Shown one piece after another: positions 36,315 to 49,828 of a DNA stretch of 64,000 nucleotides (its first letter is position 1; each line of letters starts with the position of its first letter). A program made the position numbers and the translations under genes. Below the pieces are notes generated by a model, which saw only the letters and a program-made list of their open reading frames with translations, had not been told where the DNA came from and searched no databases. The DNA comes from Podarcis pityusensis. Taxonomy: Eukaryota. The DNA is taken from the NCBI GenBank assembly GCA_964106645.2, contig OZ067040.1; one strand, given 5' to 3'.

Positions 36315-36513
36315 CAGGGCCGGCCCACCCATGAGGCAAGGTGAGGCAACTGCCTCAGGCAGCAGGATCCACAAGGGCAGCAGATCCTGAGGTAGATCTT
36401 TATTCCCCGTCTTGTTCCTGAGGTAGATCTTCACTCACTCCTTCTTCCCTGAGAAGGAGGGGGTGCCATTTTGTAATTCGCCTCAGGGGCCAAAATGTCT
36501 TGAGCAGGCCCTG
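36315..36513. mobile_element. hAT-like MITE
   Basis: CAGGGCC...GGCCCTG ends; degenerate 8-bp TSD CCACCTGC / CCACCCAC. Confidence 0.6.
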
Positions 36514-39500
36514 CCACCCACACCCAATATTTCATGTGGTTCTTCTCTGCATGTTGATCCTTGCTGTGCAACCCTCCGCTGTTCATAGCTTTATTCTAAG
36601 CAGCAGGAGAGATTCCAAAAGCTTCCGAGTTCTTTCAACCTGTGCCAATTTGCCCACGCATTGCATAAAAGAAGGGTATTCCTGCCGAGTTCCTTCAGAG
36701 GCCCGCCCACTTAAAAAAATGATTGCTGCACACACACAGGCATTCGTAGGCAAAATAAACACAAGCTATTGCACACCTCCCTGCTTTCTCAGGATTTGTG
36801 TTTTAGAACTACCATCAGATAATCCAAGGCTATGGGGCACCCTCTACCTTTAAGGCACATTCAAAACACATTCTTCCCTCAGAGAATTCTGGGCACTGTA
36901 GTTTACCCAGCACAGTTACAATTACCAGCAACCCTTAACAAACTACATTGCCCAGAGTTCTTTGAGGCAGTGTGTAGACAGCCTTATATATTAATAGCAG
37001 ACTCCTTCTTCAAGTGTGAAATCTTATAGAAACCAAAATGGCACCACCCTCTCACATGGAGGAGGTAGCAGTAGCCTGAGGGGAACCCCAAGATTTGCGA
37101 CAGAAGCACACACATTTTTTTTAGGAAGGGGGGAGGCAAACAGCCCAATGAGGACTGGGCATGCTCAGTGGCTACAGAATGTTTGCTGGCTGTTGGAGTT
37201 GAGGTGGCAGGGAATGGAATAGAGTATCCTTGAGAAGGACAAGTCTGGATGGAAAACTGAATAGGACTGTTCTGTACAGCCAGGTTTTGTTGCAATTCTT
37301 TGTTGTGTCATATTTTCCTGTTCATAGCCAGATTTCTGATTCTAATCCCTGAAACCATTTACTCTTAAAGGCTTCTGCTGAAACAAGTGACACATCAAAG
37401 AGGGAAGATCCACACCGTACATTTAAAGTACATTTACCATGCCTAGTGTCCCCACAAAGAATCCTGGGAGCTGTAGTTTGTTAAGGGTGTGGTAAGTATG
37501 GCTCTGTGAGAAGGAAACTACATTTCCCAGTATTCTTTGGGTGAAGTTGTATCCTTTAAATGTGCACTGAATATCTGTTAGAAGTATGGTGTGGGTCTTT
37601 AAAAAACTGGGTCACTTTCAGCTAACTTGGTTGACATTAAAAGATTCGCCCTCACATTAAAAATAGAACAAGGCACACTGACCTGATGCTTCACATGCCT
37701 TTCATTTCAGATATTCACAGAAACCAAAAGTCTTCATTTTATTTTTTGACTGATACATTTGCTTCCCCACACACCCTGAATATTTTCCCCATCTTGCTGA
37801 TGCAGTAACCTGTTAACCATAGAAGTTAATCTCCCACAGCTTCAAAAGCAATTAAAGTCCACAAGCACCCTGAACTGAACTTGACCTTTTAAGATTTTTG
37901 GCATTGCAGTTTGGCCACATATATCTGCTGCTTTCGAAATGGCCAGCTGTTAATATGATGAAGAAAATCAATAAGGCACCAGAAACCGCTTGCAGTCACC
38001 ACTTTTTGTGTGTGGTGTCCTCACAAAGCCCCAGCTTAGATGGCAAGTTGGACAGAAGTATTTGCCGTTTTTGCTCACCATCAACCTTATTCGATGCAAA
38101 AAGTGTTTCAGAAATTCACATTGATACTCAGCACTCATAATCCCTTTGTGTGGTTTCTCAGCCATCATCAACATTTCACTTTTCAGTTGTTTTGGATCAG
38201 TGGTTCCCTAACTTTTCCCACAAAGGACTGACTGAAATCTTCTGAGGGTCTTGGTGGACCACTTAATGATTTTTCTCTCTCTATCTCTGGTAGCATTTGT
38301 AATGTGCTGTGGTAAACACTGGACAGTTTTAAATTGTATTTTTATTGCTTCCATTATTTCTTATTATTAAATTTGTATACCGCACTATACCCACAGGTCT
38401 CCTACACATTGTATTGTATTGCAATTTGAGTTTCGCAGAATGAAAGCCATAGAAAATCAGTTAAAAATCAAGATGAATGTTTAATAGGATGTACTTTAGC
38501 CACTAATCCACAGACACACCACGGACCACCAGAATGAAGCTTATGGGCCACTGGTGGTCCACAGACTGCAATTTGGAAGCCTTTGCCTTGAACTACAACT
38601 CTTAGCAGCCCTAGTTGAGCAAGCTGGGGCTGGTGGGAATAGTAGTTCCAAATAGCTCAAGGGGACCAGGCTAGCAAAGGCTGCCCTATATCCTTATCAC
38701 AGATAAACTCGTAAATGCTTTGAATAATCCTAGCTGCATAATTATTTAAGAGTAGCCCACTTGAATCCAATGGGACTTGCTTCTGAGTAAAAGTGCTTAG
38801 GAGGCTATAGCACAGAGAATTTATGCTGTGGGAAATAAAAGTAAGCCTAGAAACCTAGGTACACTTAACTAGGAAATACACACTTATGAGGGAGTAAGTC
38901 ACATTGAACGCAGTGGAGTTCTGTTGCACTTCGAAGGGTGCACCTGTGCAAGCTTTCTTCTGAGTAAGTTAAGCTGTGGGACTTTCTCCATTTATTTGTT
39001 CATTAAATAATTTCTGTATTGCCGTATTGGGGCAGTGTACATGAAAACATAAAGCACTATTTAAAGAATAAAAATTCAGAAATTCCTTAAGGTGACTGGC
39101 TAATCAAAAATAAAAATTTAGCAGCTGCAAAGGCTCTTGTTGGCACACAAAAAAAGTCTTCAAGAGATGCATGAAAGTCAAAAGTGAGGGTGGGTGCCTG
39201 TCAAATCTCTACCAAGAGAGTATTCCACAGCACAAGACCAGCGAAGCTAAATGCCCGACTTCTAGCCGAGGCTGGTCAATCCTCCAACACCGGGGGCTTC
39301 CAAATTAAGCAGAAGTAGGACTGGGCTTCATGGTGCCAATGCTACAGACCTCCTTTGGGAGTAAACTCCATATAACTTGCTGAGACTTACTTCCAAGTAA
39401 ACATGCACAGGCTGCAGGACGTCCTGCATTCACCCAGCTTCATGCAAATAAACCACAAAAATGTTAACGTTCTGCCTCTATCTGCATGAAGACTACTTCA

Positions 39501-39574
39501 TCTGGAACCAGCCATATTCATCTACACTTAAAGGAAAGGTAGCCGTATTGGCTTATAAGGGAAAAAATCTGTAT

Positions 39575-39770
39575 TAGGACCATTTATTACATTACGCCAA
39601 TCAAAAATGTCACAAAACACTGTGGAAACTTTTAAGTTCTCCAGAACTCCTCATCAGGCTAGATGGCAGAACCATCCCTGCTTTGCTTAATCTAGCCCAG
39701 TGAAGAGTTCTGGAGAACTCGAAAGCTTGCACATTATTTTTTGGCATTTTGTTTGGCCTAATAAAGATAG
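39575..39770. mobile_element. Inverted pair of Penelope-like terminal fragments with decayed hammerhead cores
   Basis: ATCTAGCCTGATGAGGAGTTCTGGAGAACTTAAAAG on - and ATCTAGCCCAGTGAAGAGTTCTGGAGAACTCGAAAGCTT on +. Confidence 0.55.
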
Positions 39771-40821
39771 TTCCCTCCTATGGATTCTGGAATTAGCAGT
39801 TCCACTAAACAAACGTTTAACACTCCAAAGTCCCAAACATACTGAAGTTTTGAAACAGTCCTATCGATCCCTGCAAGCCTGATCTGCATAAAACCGCCTG
39901 CATTCCTATTTTTACAGGTTCCTCTGATAACTCAACGCCGGCGAGTAAAAAACAAATCTGACAGATCGAGCAGGAAGCATCCTATACGGAGCGCTCTCGC
40001 TACCACGCCGTGCGCCACCGACTGGCGGCTGGAGGCATTGCCACATCGTAAAAAAAGTTAAGCTTTCGAATCTTTTCCGCCAACTCTCGCCATCCCACAA
40101 CTTACCGTAAGTGATCATCATTTGATTATTATCACTTATAAGTTGCTGTTTTTCTCCCGAAAGTGTTCTGGGAAATTAAAAAGCTGGCGATGACCTGGAA
40201 AAAACCGCCGCAAAAACCTCTCCACGCGTAGTTTTTACGCAGTTGGAAATATACGATCTTGGGATTAAACAGAACTGCCCCCCCCCCCCTTTTCCCTTGC
40301 CGTTTCTTTCCGTCAAAAGAAACAAACAGCAGCAGCATCAATGAAAACCACTGTGCGGTCGCCCAAACTTTTAAGATTGGAGCGCCCGAGGAGGAAACAG
40401 GCAAGTTTCTGTTGCTAACGCGAAAGAGAGCGCTCGAGAGAGATCGGTCAAACACTTTGTTCGGATGAATGAACTTTTACTTTCAGTTAGCCTCACTTTT
40501 AAAAAGAAAGAAAAAGAAACGTGAACGATTTCACTTCTGACTCCCTCACCTCACTAACTCCACGGAAGAAGAAGAAATCTCACCTACTCAACACTCGATT
40601 TGACTGAAAAAGTTCCGAGACCTGAAACGGGACGGATACGCACGTACCGAAAGACGCGCGTTCCCCTCGAGCCTATTTCCCTACCACAGACCAACCCCCT
40701 CCCAAAAAAACCGCCACAGTGAAGACAACACCTGAGTGAGCGGGTGAGAGATCCCAGATCTCCTCGTCCCGGTTTCTCTCCGCGATTGCCTTCCCCTTCC
40801 TCCGGTGTCTCGCTCCCTTAC

Positions 40822-41065
40822 CTGTTCCTCACCTTTCCTCCTTCGAGTCGTCTTTTCCTTCCCAGTTTCGAAGAGTCGGAGGGTGGAAGAGAAGAGAGGG
40901 AAGACTCTCAGGTGAGAGTTTAAGGAATAAAATAAAAATCTCGGGCGGGGTGCGTGGAGTGGGGTTGTCCTTCGAGGCGGGACGGGTGGCGCTGGACAGC
41001 AGGAGCGGTAGTAGTAGTAGTGGCAGCCGCGGCTCCTTCGCTCCAAGCGCCTCTCCGCGTCTCTG
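40822..41065 (-). other. ATF3: ATF3 non-coding exon 1 (TSS approximate)
   Basis: Starts about 28 nt downstream of the TATA box. Two candidate donors: AAG|gtgagg (exon end 40833) and CAG|gtaagg (exon end 40822). Lies in the CpG island. Confidence 0.7.
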
Positions 41066-41077
41066 GCTCCCCGCGAG

Positions 41078-41100
41078 GTTGCATCACCCCCTTTATATAG
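41078..41100 (-). promoter_or_regulatory. ATF3 TATA box plus downstream C/EBP-ATF (amino-acid response) element
   Basis: Minus strand reads CTATATAAAGGGGGTGATGCAAC. TGATGCAAC just 3' of the TATA box is the known layout of the mammalian ATF3 proximal promoter. Confidence 0.9.
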
Positions 41101-41145
41101 CCCGGCGGGCAGCGCTGGTATTTACTCTGGCCGCCGCTCGCGCGC

Positions 41146-41153
41146 TGATGTCA
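41146..41153 (-). promoter_or_regulatory. ATF/CRE-like site (TGACATCA)
   Basis: AGCATGACATCAGC at about -85, the position of the mammalian ATF3 CRE (TTACGTCA). Confidence 0.7.
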
Positions 41154-41233
41154 TGCTATTAATAGATTCTTCAGCAAGATCTGGAGGAGGCAGGGGGCGG
41201 GGCCCAGGCTGGCGAGGGGGCGGGGCTCTCCGG

Positions 41234-41242
41234 TGATGCAAG
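41234..41242 (+). promoter_or_regulatory. Second C/EBP-ATF composite motif (TGATGCAAG)
   Basis: Matches TGATGxAAx; flanked by GC boxes (GGGGCGGGG at about 41194 and 41217). Confidence 0.55.
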
Positions 41243-41400
41243 GACTCCCCCCCACACACACACACCAGGAGGGAGGAGGAGGAGGAGGAGGCGGGGCGCG
41301 GGGCGACGCTTTCCCGGGCGCGTTCCTTAAGAGGCAGGCGGAGCGCGCGCCTTGCCCGGGCGGCGAGCCAGGTGGGAACACCCTTCGCGGCGGCAGCGGC

Positions 41401-41448
41401 GGCATGATCCCTCCATGAGCCAATGGTGCCCAAGCCAGCGCATGACTC
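41401..41448 (-). promoter_or_regulatory. Probable p53 response element and CCAAT box of the ATF3 promoter
   Basis: Minus strand AGTCATGCGCTGGCTTGGGCACCATTGGCTCATGG...TCATGCC has repeated CWWG cores about 340-380 bp upstream of the TSS, where mammalian ATF3 has its p53 element. Confidence 0.6.
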
Positions 41449-41570
41449 CAGATCGCTGGCATCCCGCAGCAAAGCGGGGCCGGGCAAAGGAGAGGCGATT
41501 AGGAAGGAGGGACAGGAGGGTGCGATGGGGGGGCGTGTTTTTTTGTTTTCCCCACTTTCCTGTTTAGGGA

Positions 41571-41697
41571 AGTTTTTAAAATTTAACGCTGTACTGTTTT
41601 TAACACTTGATTGGGAGCCGCCCAGAGTGGCTGGGGAAACTCAGCCAGATGGGCGGGGTATAAATAATAAATTATTATTATTATCATCATTATTATT
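41571..41697 (+). mobile_element. L2 3' end inserted within the ATF3 CpG island
   Basis: Same L2 terminal motif plus a (TTA)n tail. Confidence 0.8.
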
Positions 41698-44312
41698 CCC
41701 TTCTCTTTCTAATGAGGATCTGATTGGAACTTTGCGGATGATGCCTTGCCATTTTGTGTAGCTAAAGGAGTTAAAGGACGGGGGGGGGATCTGTCCCCTC
41801 CTTTGAGATTTGTGTCTAGACTGTGTGTGGTTTTTTTGTGTGGGATCGGGTGTATCCGCGCCTACCTCGCGAGATCCGCCGACAACGTCCCCAATCCCCC
41901 ATTTCTTTGATTTTTCGGTTTTCTTTCTTTAATGACCAGCCGCGTGTGTCCCGTCGCGTCCCAATCCCCCGATTTCGCGCCCGCGCAATATATCTCTCGG
42001 GAGAGCGTGAAAACCTTAAATCCAGAATCCCCAGGGATCGTTGAAAACTTTTGGGCGACCCGGCCACTCTCAAAAAAGAGCGTTCCTCTCCCTCTCTCAA
42101 ATGGACCGAAACCGCACGAGAAAAGACAGCCGAGAAATTGGGGTCAGTGGGATAACTGAATCGAACATACCACATATACATAAATCCCGTCTGCCCGCTT
42201 TACGGCAAAAAAAAGACTCTAAAGTCATCGAAGAACATCTCTCCTTCCCCGCCGCCCCCGCACACACACTATTGCCGCCCTAAATTTTCTACTAGAGTTG
42301 TTTGTGCTTATCTTAGCATATTGTAGACACCCGTCATTCCCCCTCATTTTATTTTATTTTTTAAATGGTAATGTTCTGATCCTATCTTATTTGCGATTCC
42401 ACTTTGGAAGGTTCTGTCGCGATCAACTGGATTTCTGTTCCGAATCCAAATAAACTTGCCTTTGGGGAATGCGGTGAAGGATAATTCACGCAGCCTGATC
42501 CTATCATTCGCGCCGAAGAAGTTCTAAGCGTGTGTGCTCAGGATTCATTGGAATCCTAGGATCCCGAGGGTTATCTATTCCAACAAACTGCAGTGCAGGA
42601 AGGTCAATTATTTTGCAAAGAGGAAACCATTTTTCCACGCTTGTGATGGGAGAAGAATAATAAAATAAAAGTTCCTCCTCGAACTCCGCTCCTCTGGGAC
42701 TGTTTCAAATGACGCTTTGCTATTCTTTGAGCTGGGGGGGGTGGTCTCTCGACTCGGGGCAGATTCGTCTGAATGCAGGCGATGTGGTGATCCCCCCCCC
42801 ATCGCAAATAGCTCCCCACCCGAATTTCAAGGCAAAGGGCGATGCAATCGAGGGCGAAGGAAGAAGGGCTGCTTTTGCATCCTCCTTCCGTCAAGGTTTC
42901 TTGCGTGTCCCCCACGCTTCTCCGTGCATAAGGAGAATAAAAAGGATGTAGGCTGCCGGGAGGCGCCTGCTTTGACGCATTTCCGTCAGAATGCAAAAGA
43001 AAAAAGGCGCGCGCACGTGCAGACGTCTAACGTGACTTGTGCCAAATGAAATAAACCCACGATGTCCACTCCGGAAAGGACTGTGGGCGCTGCGTGGCTG
43101 AGTATTGCGAGGCAGACATGCGCCAGTCTCTAGGCACTGACTGGCAAGCCTGATCTGTTGACTTCAGCGCAACTTCCGAGTAAGCCTGCTTAGGATCTCT
43201 CGAAACAGAAGATGATGGCTATTTTCTACTTATGAGAGGTTGGAAAACTCATGTTAGACGGAGCACACATATATTCCCAACTTTAGGAGCATAACACTCT
43301 GCCCCTTAAAACTTAATGTAAAATGCTTCAAGCAGATGAAATCAGTGACACTTAAACTAACCTTACTCCCATGGAATTCACGGGCCTTCTCTAAGCATGG
43401 CTAAATCTGGACCCAACTCACCATGTCCAAGTAAATTCTATATCTAGTAGATTTCTGCATTGCAGGGATTGGAAAATCAATTATTTGATTTTATGAGAAT
43501 CCCCTGGGGTTTGCTTGCTTATATAGATTTTTGCACCTGACCCAGAGAGCACTTGGGGACTGAGAACCTTTGTAAGGAGAATTTGAAATCTGCATGACTT
43601 AAAATCTACATGGAATTTAAAACAGTAAACACTCCACTAGCAACATTTACAGGTGCATACACAGAAAGCGAGACTCAAAGGAGCCTGTAGTATCACATAT
43701 ATGGGGTAGAAAACCCTACTGAAATCTCAGAGATGCCTTGACAACTGATTCTAGAACTGTCTGGCGTGGCTGTGCCACATACAGCTTAATCCTCAAATCT
43801 AAGGCCATTTTTACAAATAGCACTTAAATTAGTTTTGCATTTTCCGTATTTTATTTTTAAAATATGCTGTGGAATGCATATTAGCTAGAACTGAAGGGGG
43901 CAAGGGAGGAAAATAAGCACCAGAATTTTATTTATTTACATGAGCTGCTAGTGTTTTTTTAGCTTTATGGCTGGTTACAGCTCCCATAAATCTAATAAGA
44001 GGGTTTGAGAACTTTGGTTTTATTTTTTACATGAACAACTTTTACTTTGGACCAGTTATGCCTATTAAGAAGCTTAAAAGTGGCTTGGAATAACTGCTTG
44101 TTGCAAAGTTCCTCCTAGAAAATAAATAGTAAACAGGAAAGATGGCATATTTTATGTGTCAAATTTTGTATTGACATCAGACAACTAGAACTTTCTTTGT
44201 CAGGCAGGTAAGACAGAAACATATTTTTTTGTTGTTGTTGCACTTCTCACACTTTTAGTATATTAACCAGCAGGGGTTTTAGCTACTATCAGAAGTGTTT
44301 TTTTAAAAAATT

Positions 44313-44616
44313 AGAAGGTCGGTGGTTCGAATCCCCGCTTCGGGGTGAGCTCCCGTTGCTCGGTCCCTGCTCCTGCCCACCTGCAGTTCAAAAGCACGTC
44401 AAAGTGTAAGTAGATAAATAGGTACCGTTCCAGCAGGAAGGTAAACGGCGTTTCCGTGCGCTGCTCTGGTTCGCCAGAAGCGGCTTAGTCATGCTGGCCA
44501 CATGACCTGGAAGCTGTACGCTGGCTCCCTCGGCCAGTAAAGTGAGATGAGCGCCGCAACCCCAGAGTCGTCTGCAACTGGACCTAATGGTGAGGGGACC
44601 CTTTAGGTTTACCTTT
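44313..44616 (+). mobile_element. 5'-truncated Sauria SINE
   Basis: High similarity to the copies at 12.8 and 32.2 kb. Confidence 0.9.
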
Positions 44617-47600
44617 TGCATTAGATAAAGCTGAGAAGTTGTCTTTCAATTCTGTGTGATCTGGGGAAATAAACAATCTGCACACTCATCGATTAACAGT
44701 AAATTAGCCAATGGAAGATAACCAAGATTTGTGTGCCAGTTCTCTTTTCTAATATCCCAAATGGAACCTGAACTCCACACTTGAACAATATATTTCAGCC
44801 GTGGAAAAATACTCACAGTTTTAAGCTGGATCTAGTTGGAAGTTTCCCATTGATTTTCACAGAATTTGCATGCAAGTAATTGTGCTGCCCAAGGCTGCAG
44901 CTCTGTGCATATCTTATCTAAAACCTATTTCCTACAAACTTCTGTGAGACTTCATTTCGGAATAAACCCATTTGTGGTCAACCTGCAAAAAAGTATGATG
45001 GTGCCAGAAGCTCAGTTGCACAAAGTTTCTGTCGTTCCGCTGGAGCCAGTATGATTTAAAAAACCCTAAGCAAATATTATGTATAACAAAGATCTGCTTA
45101 AACAAAATAAACAGTAGATACAGTAGATACAGTAGATATTTCTCAGACCACAAACCCAAACTGCTGGAGGGAATCAAGTACGGTATATCATGGGTAGAGA
45201 GAACATAAACGGACAGCAGAACTTAGGAAGACCTCAATGCCTTCCATCTTGAAGAGCTGTTGCCAGTCAAAGTAGTAGATTCTCCATACTGGGCTAGACA
45301 TCCTGAATATTGATATAAAACAGTTCTGTATGATGATATGATACTTTTTATTCCACTTCCTTCTGTTGATTAACGTATGTAAACTTTCCACCAAAGTATT
45401 ACTTTCCTTGAAGAGCTCTATGTAGGAACATCCAAGCTGTTTTATAGCAGTGCCTACAGCAGAGGTTGGTTTGTGGATCACTGGTGATCCACAAGCTTCA
45501 TTCAGGCGGTCTGTGGCACATCTGTTGTTTTGTGATGGAAGACAGGATATGGAACATCCATCACATTACATACTCGTATTGATTTTTAATTGCATTTTTA
45601 TCGCTTTCACTTCTTGTACTGTGTTTAGCTGTGTTACAATTCGGATTCTACAGAATCCAAATTGCAATACAATATTTAAGGAACAAAATGAGCAATAAAA
45701 AGACAATTAAAAATCCATGCTGCATCTAAGCACAGCAGGCAGGCAGGGAAATCACTTAATGATTTCTACCAAGACCCCCCCAGCAGTTTTCAAGCAGTCC
45801 ATGGGGAAAATAGGGAACTGCTAGTCTCTCTGGAATTCCAAGCAGGAGTCTTTTCCAGCTGGGAAATGCTAGGGGTTTTGTGTATGCAGATGGTATTCTC
45901 TTCCACTGAGCTACGGTTGTTTTACCCAAAATGAAGGTGGTTCCAAAAATATGAACAAAGGCTTTGCTTTCTGTGCTTCTCTTTTCCCCTTTGTACTGAC
46001 ACAGTCCCAGTATTCCAGAATGTGACCGACCACTGCAAATCTGCTGCTTCAAGGGACCTTTGAAGAAGCAGATTTATTCCATTGCCTCCCCCTGCAAATG
46101 AGTTCATTTGCTCCATACCTGTGCAATTCTTGACGCCAGCCTAATTAGGCAGACCCTAACGATCCATAAGGAGATCTGATTGCTGCAACTTCTGGACTCT
46201 TGGACTGCAGGAAATTGGCCTTTCCTGCTGTAGATTAAATGAAAAGAAAACATTTGTAACAGGTACCTACCTAGAGGTAAATAGATACGAAGCATATGAA
46301 AATGCAGCACACCAAACGTAAGAACAGCCCTGCTGCATGATGCCAGTAAAACCTGAATTTACTGTGGGAACATTTGGTTGAAGTTTACAATACTACAGTG
46401 ATAGATTGGGGCAATAGAGTGTGACACTAGCAGCTATACAACAACTATCCATAGTTTCTATAAAAAAATTGGAAATACACTGCAAAAAAAAACGTGATAG
46501 AACAGAAACGTACCACGAGAACACTGACAATTTATTTTATTATTTTATTTATTAAATGAAAATTGCCATCCATTTTTCAAGTTAATTAGTAATTAACATA
46601 CTGTCGGGATGTTTCACCAAAGGTTCCTAAAATTATATCAAACAAAATTATATAAAAACAAAAACTATCTAAACATATTCTTCTTTATTTTATTTTTAAA
46701 GAACACACCTCATGGTTGTTAATTTCAAAGTTGCCATGACCAATATCTATCAGCCATCAAATGTCTGGGTAATTTGGAATGTCTCTAAATTTCTCCTGAA
46801 AATCAGTAGTGTGGGAGACAGATCTCACCAGGTGGGCATTCGATAGATGGGGATCCACCAAGAAAGTCAACACCAAGCAGACAACAGCCGCGTGTGGGAC
46901 CACTAATAGGGTCTCTCTTCTAATCACAGGGCCCAGTATAGTTTATTCTGGGGAGCTGCATTCCATGCATCAGTTTGCACTATAAATGTATAACCATAGA
47001 ATGCTGTTCTAGGGATTCTGCTGTGGTTCTCATTGTATTGTTCTGTTTTCTTCCATTTCCCCTTTTTGATTTTGTGCTTTGTGTTTTCGAAGCTTCTTAA
47101 ATCGCCCAGAGACTTTTCATGTGGCAAGCCATGAATAAATTGAATAAAAAATAACAATTACAACACCCAAATGATCAGCAGCTACATTGCTACGAAATGC
47201 CACCGTTTAATCATACGGGTAAACCTCATGACATCCTCTCTCCTTTAAATATTGTTGCCTAAATGAGTAACAAGAAAACAGAAGCTGAAATTGAAACAGA
47301 TGTGTTGAGCACAAACAATCTAGTTCCTCCCCTTAAGATTAGAATTAGCCCATAAATGAAAACTGGGTTTAGAACTAACCCAGAAGTAATATTTCTAGTC
47401 AACTTCTTGGAGTGGCTATGGGTCTTAAAACTAACATGCCTATCAAGGTAAATGGATAATGGATTTGAACAATAGTCTCTCAGATGGGCTCTGGAGTTGC
47501 CAAAAAGTATAGTTTTGCTTGATGAGAGTCAGCACCATTGGCGTATTATTCTGTAAAGGCTTCAATAAAATACATTTAATCAGTTCTGGGACAATTGCTG

Positions 47601-48008
47601 GTGGTACAGGAAACAAAGGTACGACCTTCCCCTTGTTGAAATAAAAAAAATCCTTCCAGTAGCACCTTTTTTTTTTTTTTTTTTTTTTTACTATGGCAGA
47701 CCAACACGGCTACCTATCTGTAACTTCCCCTTGTTGATTACAGGGAAATGTTCAAAAATGTCAAAATACTGGAAATTATGATTGGATCATTGATAGGATG
47801 ATCCAATATAGGATCCCACTAGAATATCCTAGTTTTATTTAGGTTTTTTGAGAAAAGATGTGGTAGAACCAGAAGACCTAGAAATTATTGTTGTGTTTTT
47901 ATAGCTACAGAAACAGCAGTTGCACAGAAGTGGGGAGAACTATCCAGAGAGCTAGATGTGTTAGTCTTCTGTAGCAAAAACAAAGAGTTTTCAGGATTCT
48001 TAAATACT

Positions 48009-48100
48009 TAGGCTGCAATCCTAACCATGTCTATTCAACAGTGGGTCCTGTTGAATTCAGTGTGGCTTAATCCCAGATTACGGGTTTGGATTGCAGCCTA
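48009..48100. mobile_element. Short palindromic MITE-like repeat (many decayed relatives in the window)
   Basis: TAGGCTGCAATCC...GGATTGCAGCCTA. Confidence 0.6.
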
Positions 48101-49184
48101 TCACATTTATTTTGGCATAAACTGTTGTGCCCCATCAGAAGTGGAATCTAGTCTGTGCAAGTTTATGTCGTAATAAATGTGTATATAAGGTGGCATAAGA
48201 CTGTTGGTTTGTGGCAAAAAGAATCCACCATCTACAGTGAAATAGTTGCATGGGGTCTGGTAGATACAACTTTGACTTCCATAATACATAGCAAAGAAGG
48301 AAGACTAATTAGCCATTGTTTTCAAGGAAACAGGTTTTATTTGTGGTGCATGGGAACAGCAAAGTACAAGATAATGTCCAGGCACATGCCTTTGTTGAAA
48401 CCGTAATGATTTATTCGTAACCACAATTATTTCCCAAAATACTGTTGTAAGATTTATCTATAATTTATACAATAATGTGATTTTTTTCCTTTAAAAAATG
48501 TCAATTGTTTTAAGATAAGGCCATTGTGACATATTCAGGAATGCAGTTCCTGTAGACAATAGAAGCTGGGGTTGTTCTTGAAATGTTGAAACCACTTTCG
48601 CATGAAGCACTCAGACAGATTTGTGGAGGATGAAGCTATCAGTGCCTACTAGCTACAATAGCTATGTTCTACCGCCACTGTTGGTGTACTCCTGAATACT
48701 AGCTACTGGGAATCACATGTGGGGCAAGTGCCGTTGCACCCAAGTCTTGCTTATGGACCTCCCATAGGTTGGCCACTGGAGAATGCTGGACCTTTGGTTT
48801 GATCCAGCACACATTTTCTTATGTTCTTAATCTAGTTGTTGAGATTGGGAGACTTTGGCCAAGTACTGCTGTTGAACGCTCTCCATTGATTTCACTGGGG
48901 TTCTACTGTATCCTTTGACCTTCACCTTTCATTCACATATGCCCCTGCCTTATATTGAGTACAGCCCAGTATTCTCTGCTTTGGTAACAACTTCCCATAA
49001 CCTCAAGCGGAGACCTGGGACTCAGCTAGATTGGTTTTATATGTGTTGAAAGAAAGAAAAAGTGTTTTATATGTGTTGCATATGTGATATACCACTCTGT
49101 ACGAGACTCCTGACTGCTTCGCTCACAAGGGTCATAGGAACGTGCAAGCCCACTCACCACAACAAGGTGATGATCCAGTGAGTG

Positions 49185-49828
49185 AGCTATTGTACTACCA
49201 ACCTTACTGTATGCTTGTGAAACACGGACCACTTATAAATGCCATCTCCAACTCCTCAAAAGATTCCATCAACAGTGTCTCCGAAAAAATTTACATATCA
49301 CTTGGGAAGACAGGCGAACTAATGCCACTGTACTGAAAGAATCAAAGATCACCAGTGTCAAAGCAACAATTCTTCAACATTAACTTTGTTAGACTGGTCA
49401 TGTTGTTCGGATGCCTAATTATCGTCTTCCAAAGCAACTACTCTATTCCAAACTTTAAAATGGGAAGCGTTTTGCTGGTGGTCAACAAAAGAGGTTTAAA
49501 GACTCTCTCAAGGCAAATCTAAAAATATGTAGTATATAACACAGACAACTGGGAAACACTGGTCTGCGAGCGCTCCAGTTGGAGAACAGTCTTTACCAAA
49601 GGTGTCATGGGCTTTGAAGACACTCAAACTCAGGACAAAAGGGAGAAATGTGCTAAGAGGAAGGCACGCTTGGCAAACCCTCACTGTGATCAACTCCCAC
49701 CCGGAAACCTCCCACCCACTATGGAAAGACATGTGGATCCACAGTCACTTACGGACTCACTGTTAATACCATATTTATGGAAGACAATCTTACTTGGCTA
49801 CGAGTGATCACCAAAGAAGAGGAAGATA
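49185..49828 (+). mobile_element. RTE-clade LINE 3' fragment (second family)
   Basis: IVLPTLLYACET..., GHVVRMPNYRLPKQLLYSKLxxGKRxxGGQQKRFKDSLK; (GAA)n-like tail. Confidence 0.85.

Larger units (their letters stand above)
39930..43130. promoter_or_regulatory. CpG island spanning the ATF3 promoter, exon 1 and start of intron 1
   Basis: Sharp rise in CpG and GC content relative to the CpG-poor flanks. Confidence 0.85.

Noticed and set aside
40681-43049. Multiple 70-130 aa ORFs around the CpG island
   Set aside because: Expected from GC-rich, stop-poor sequence; low-complexity translations with no recognisable domains.
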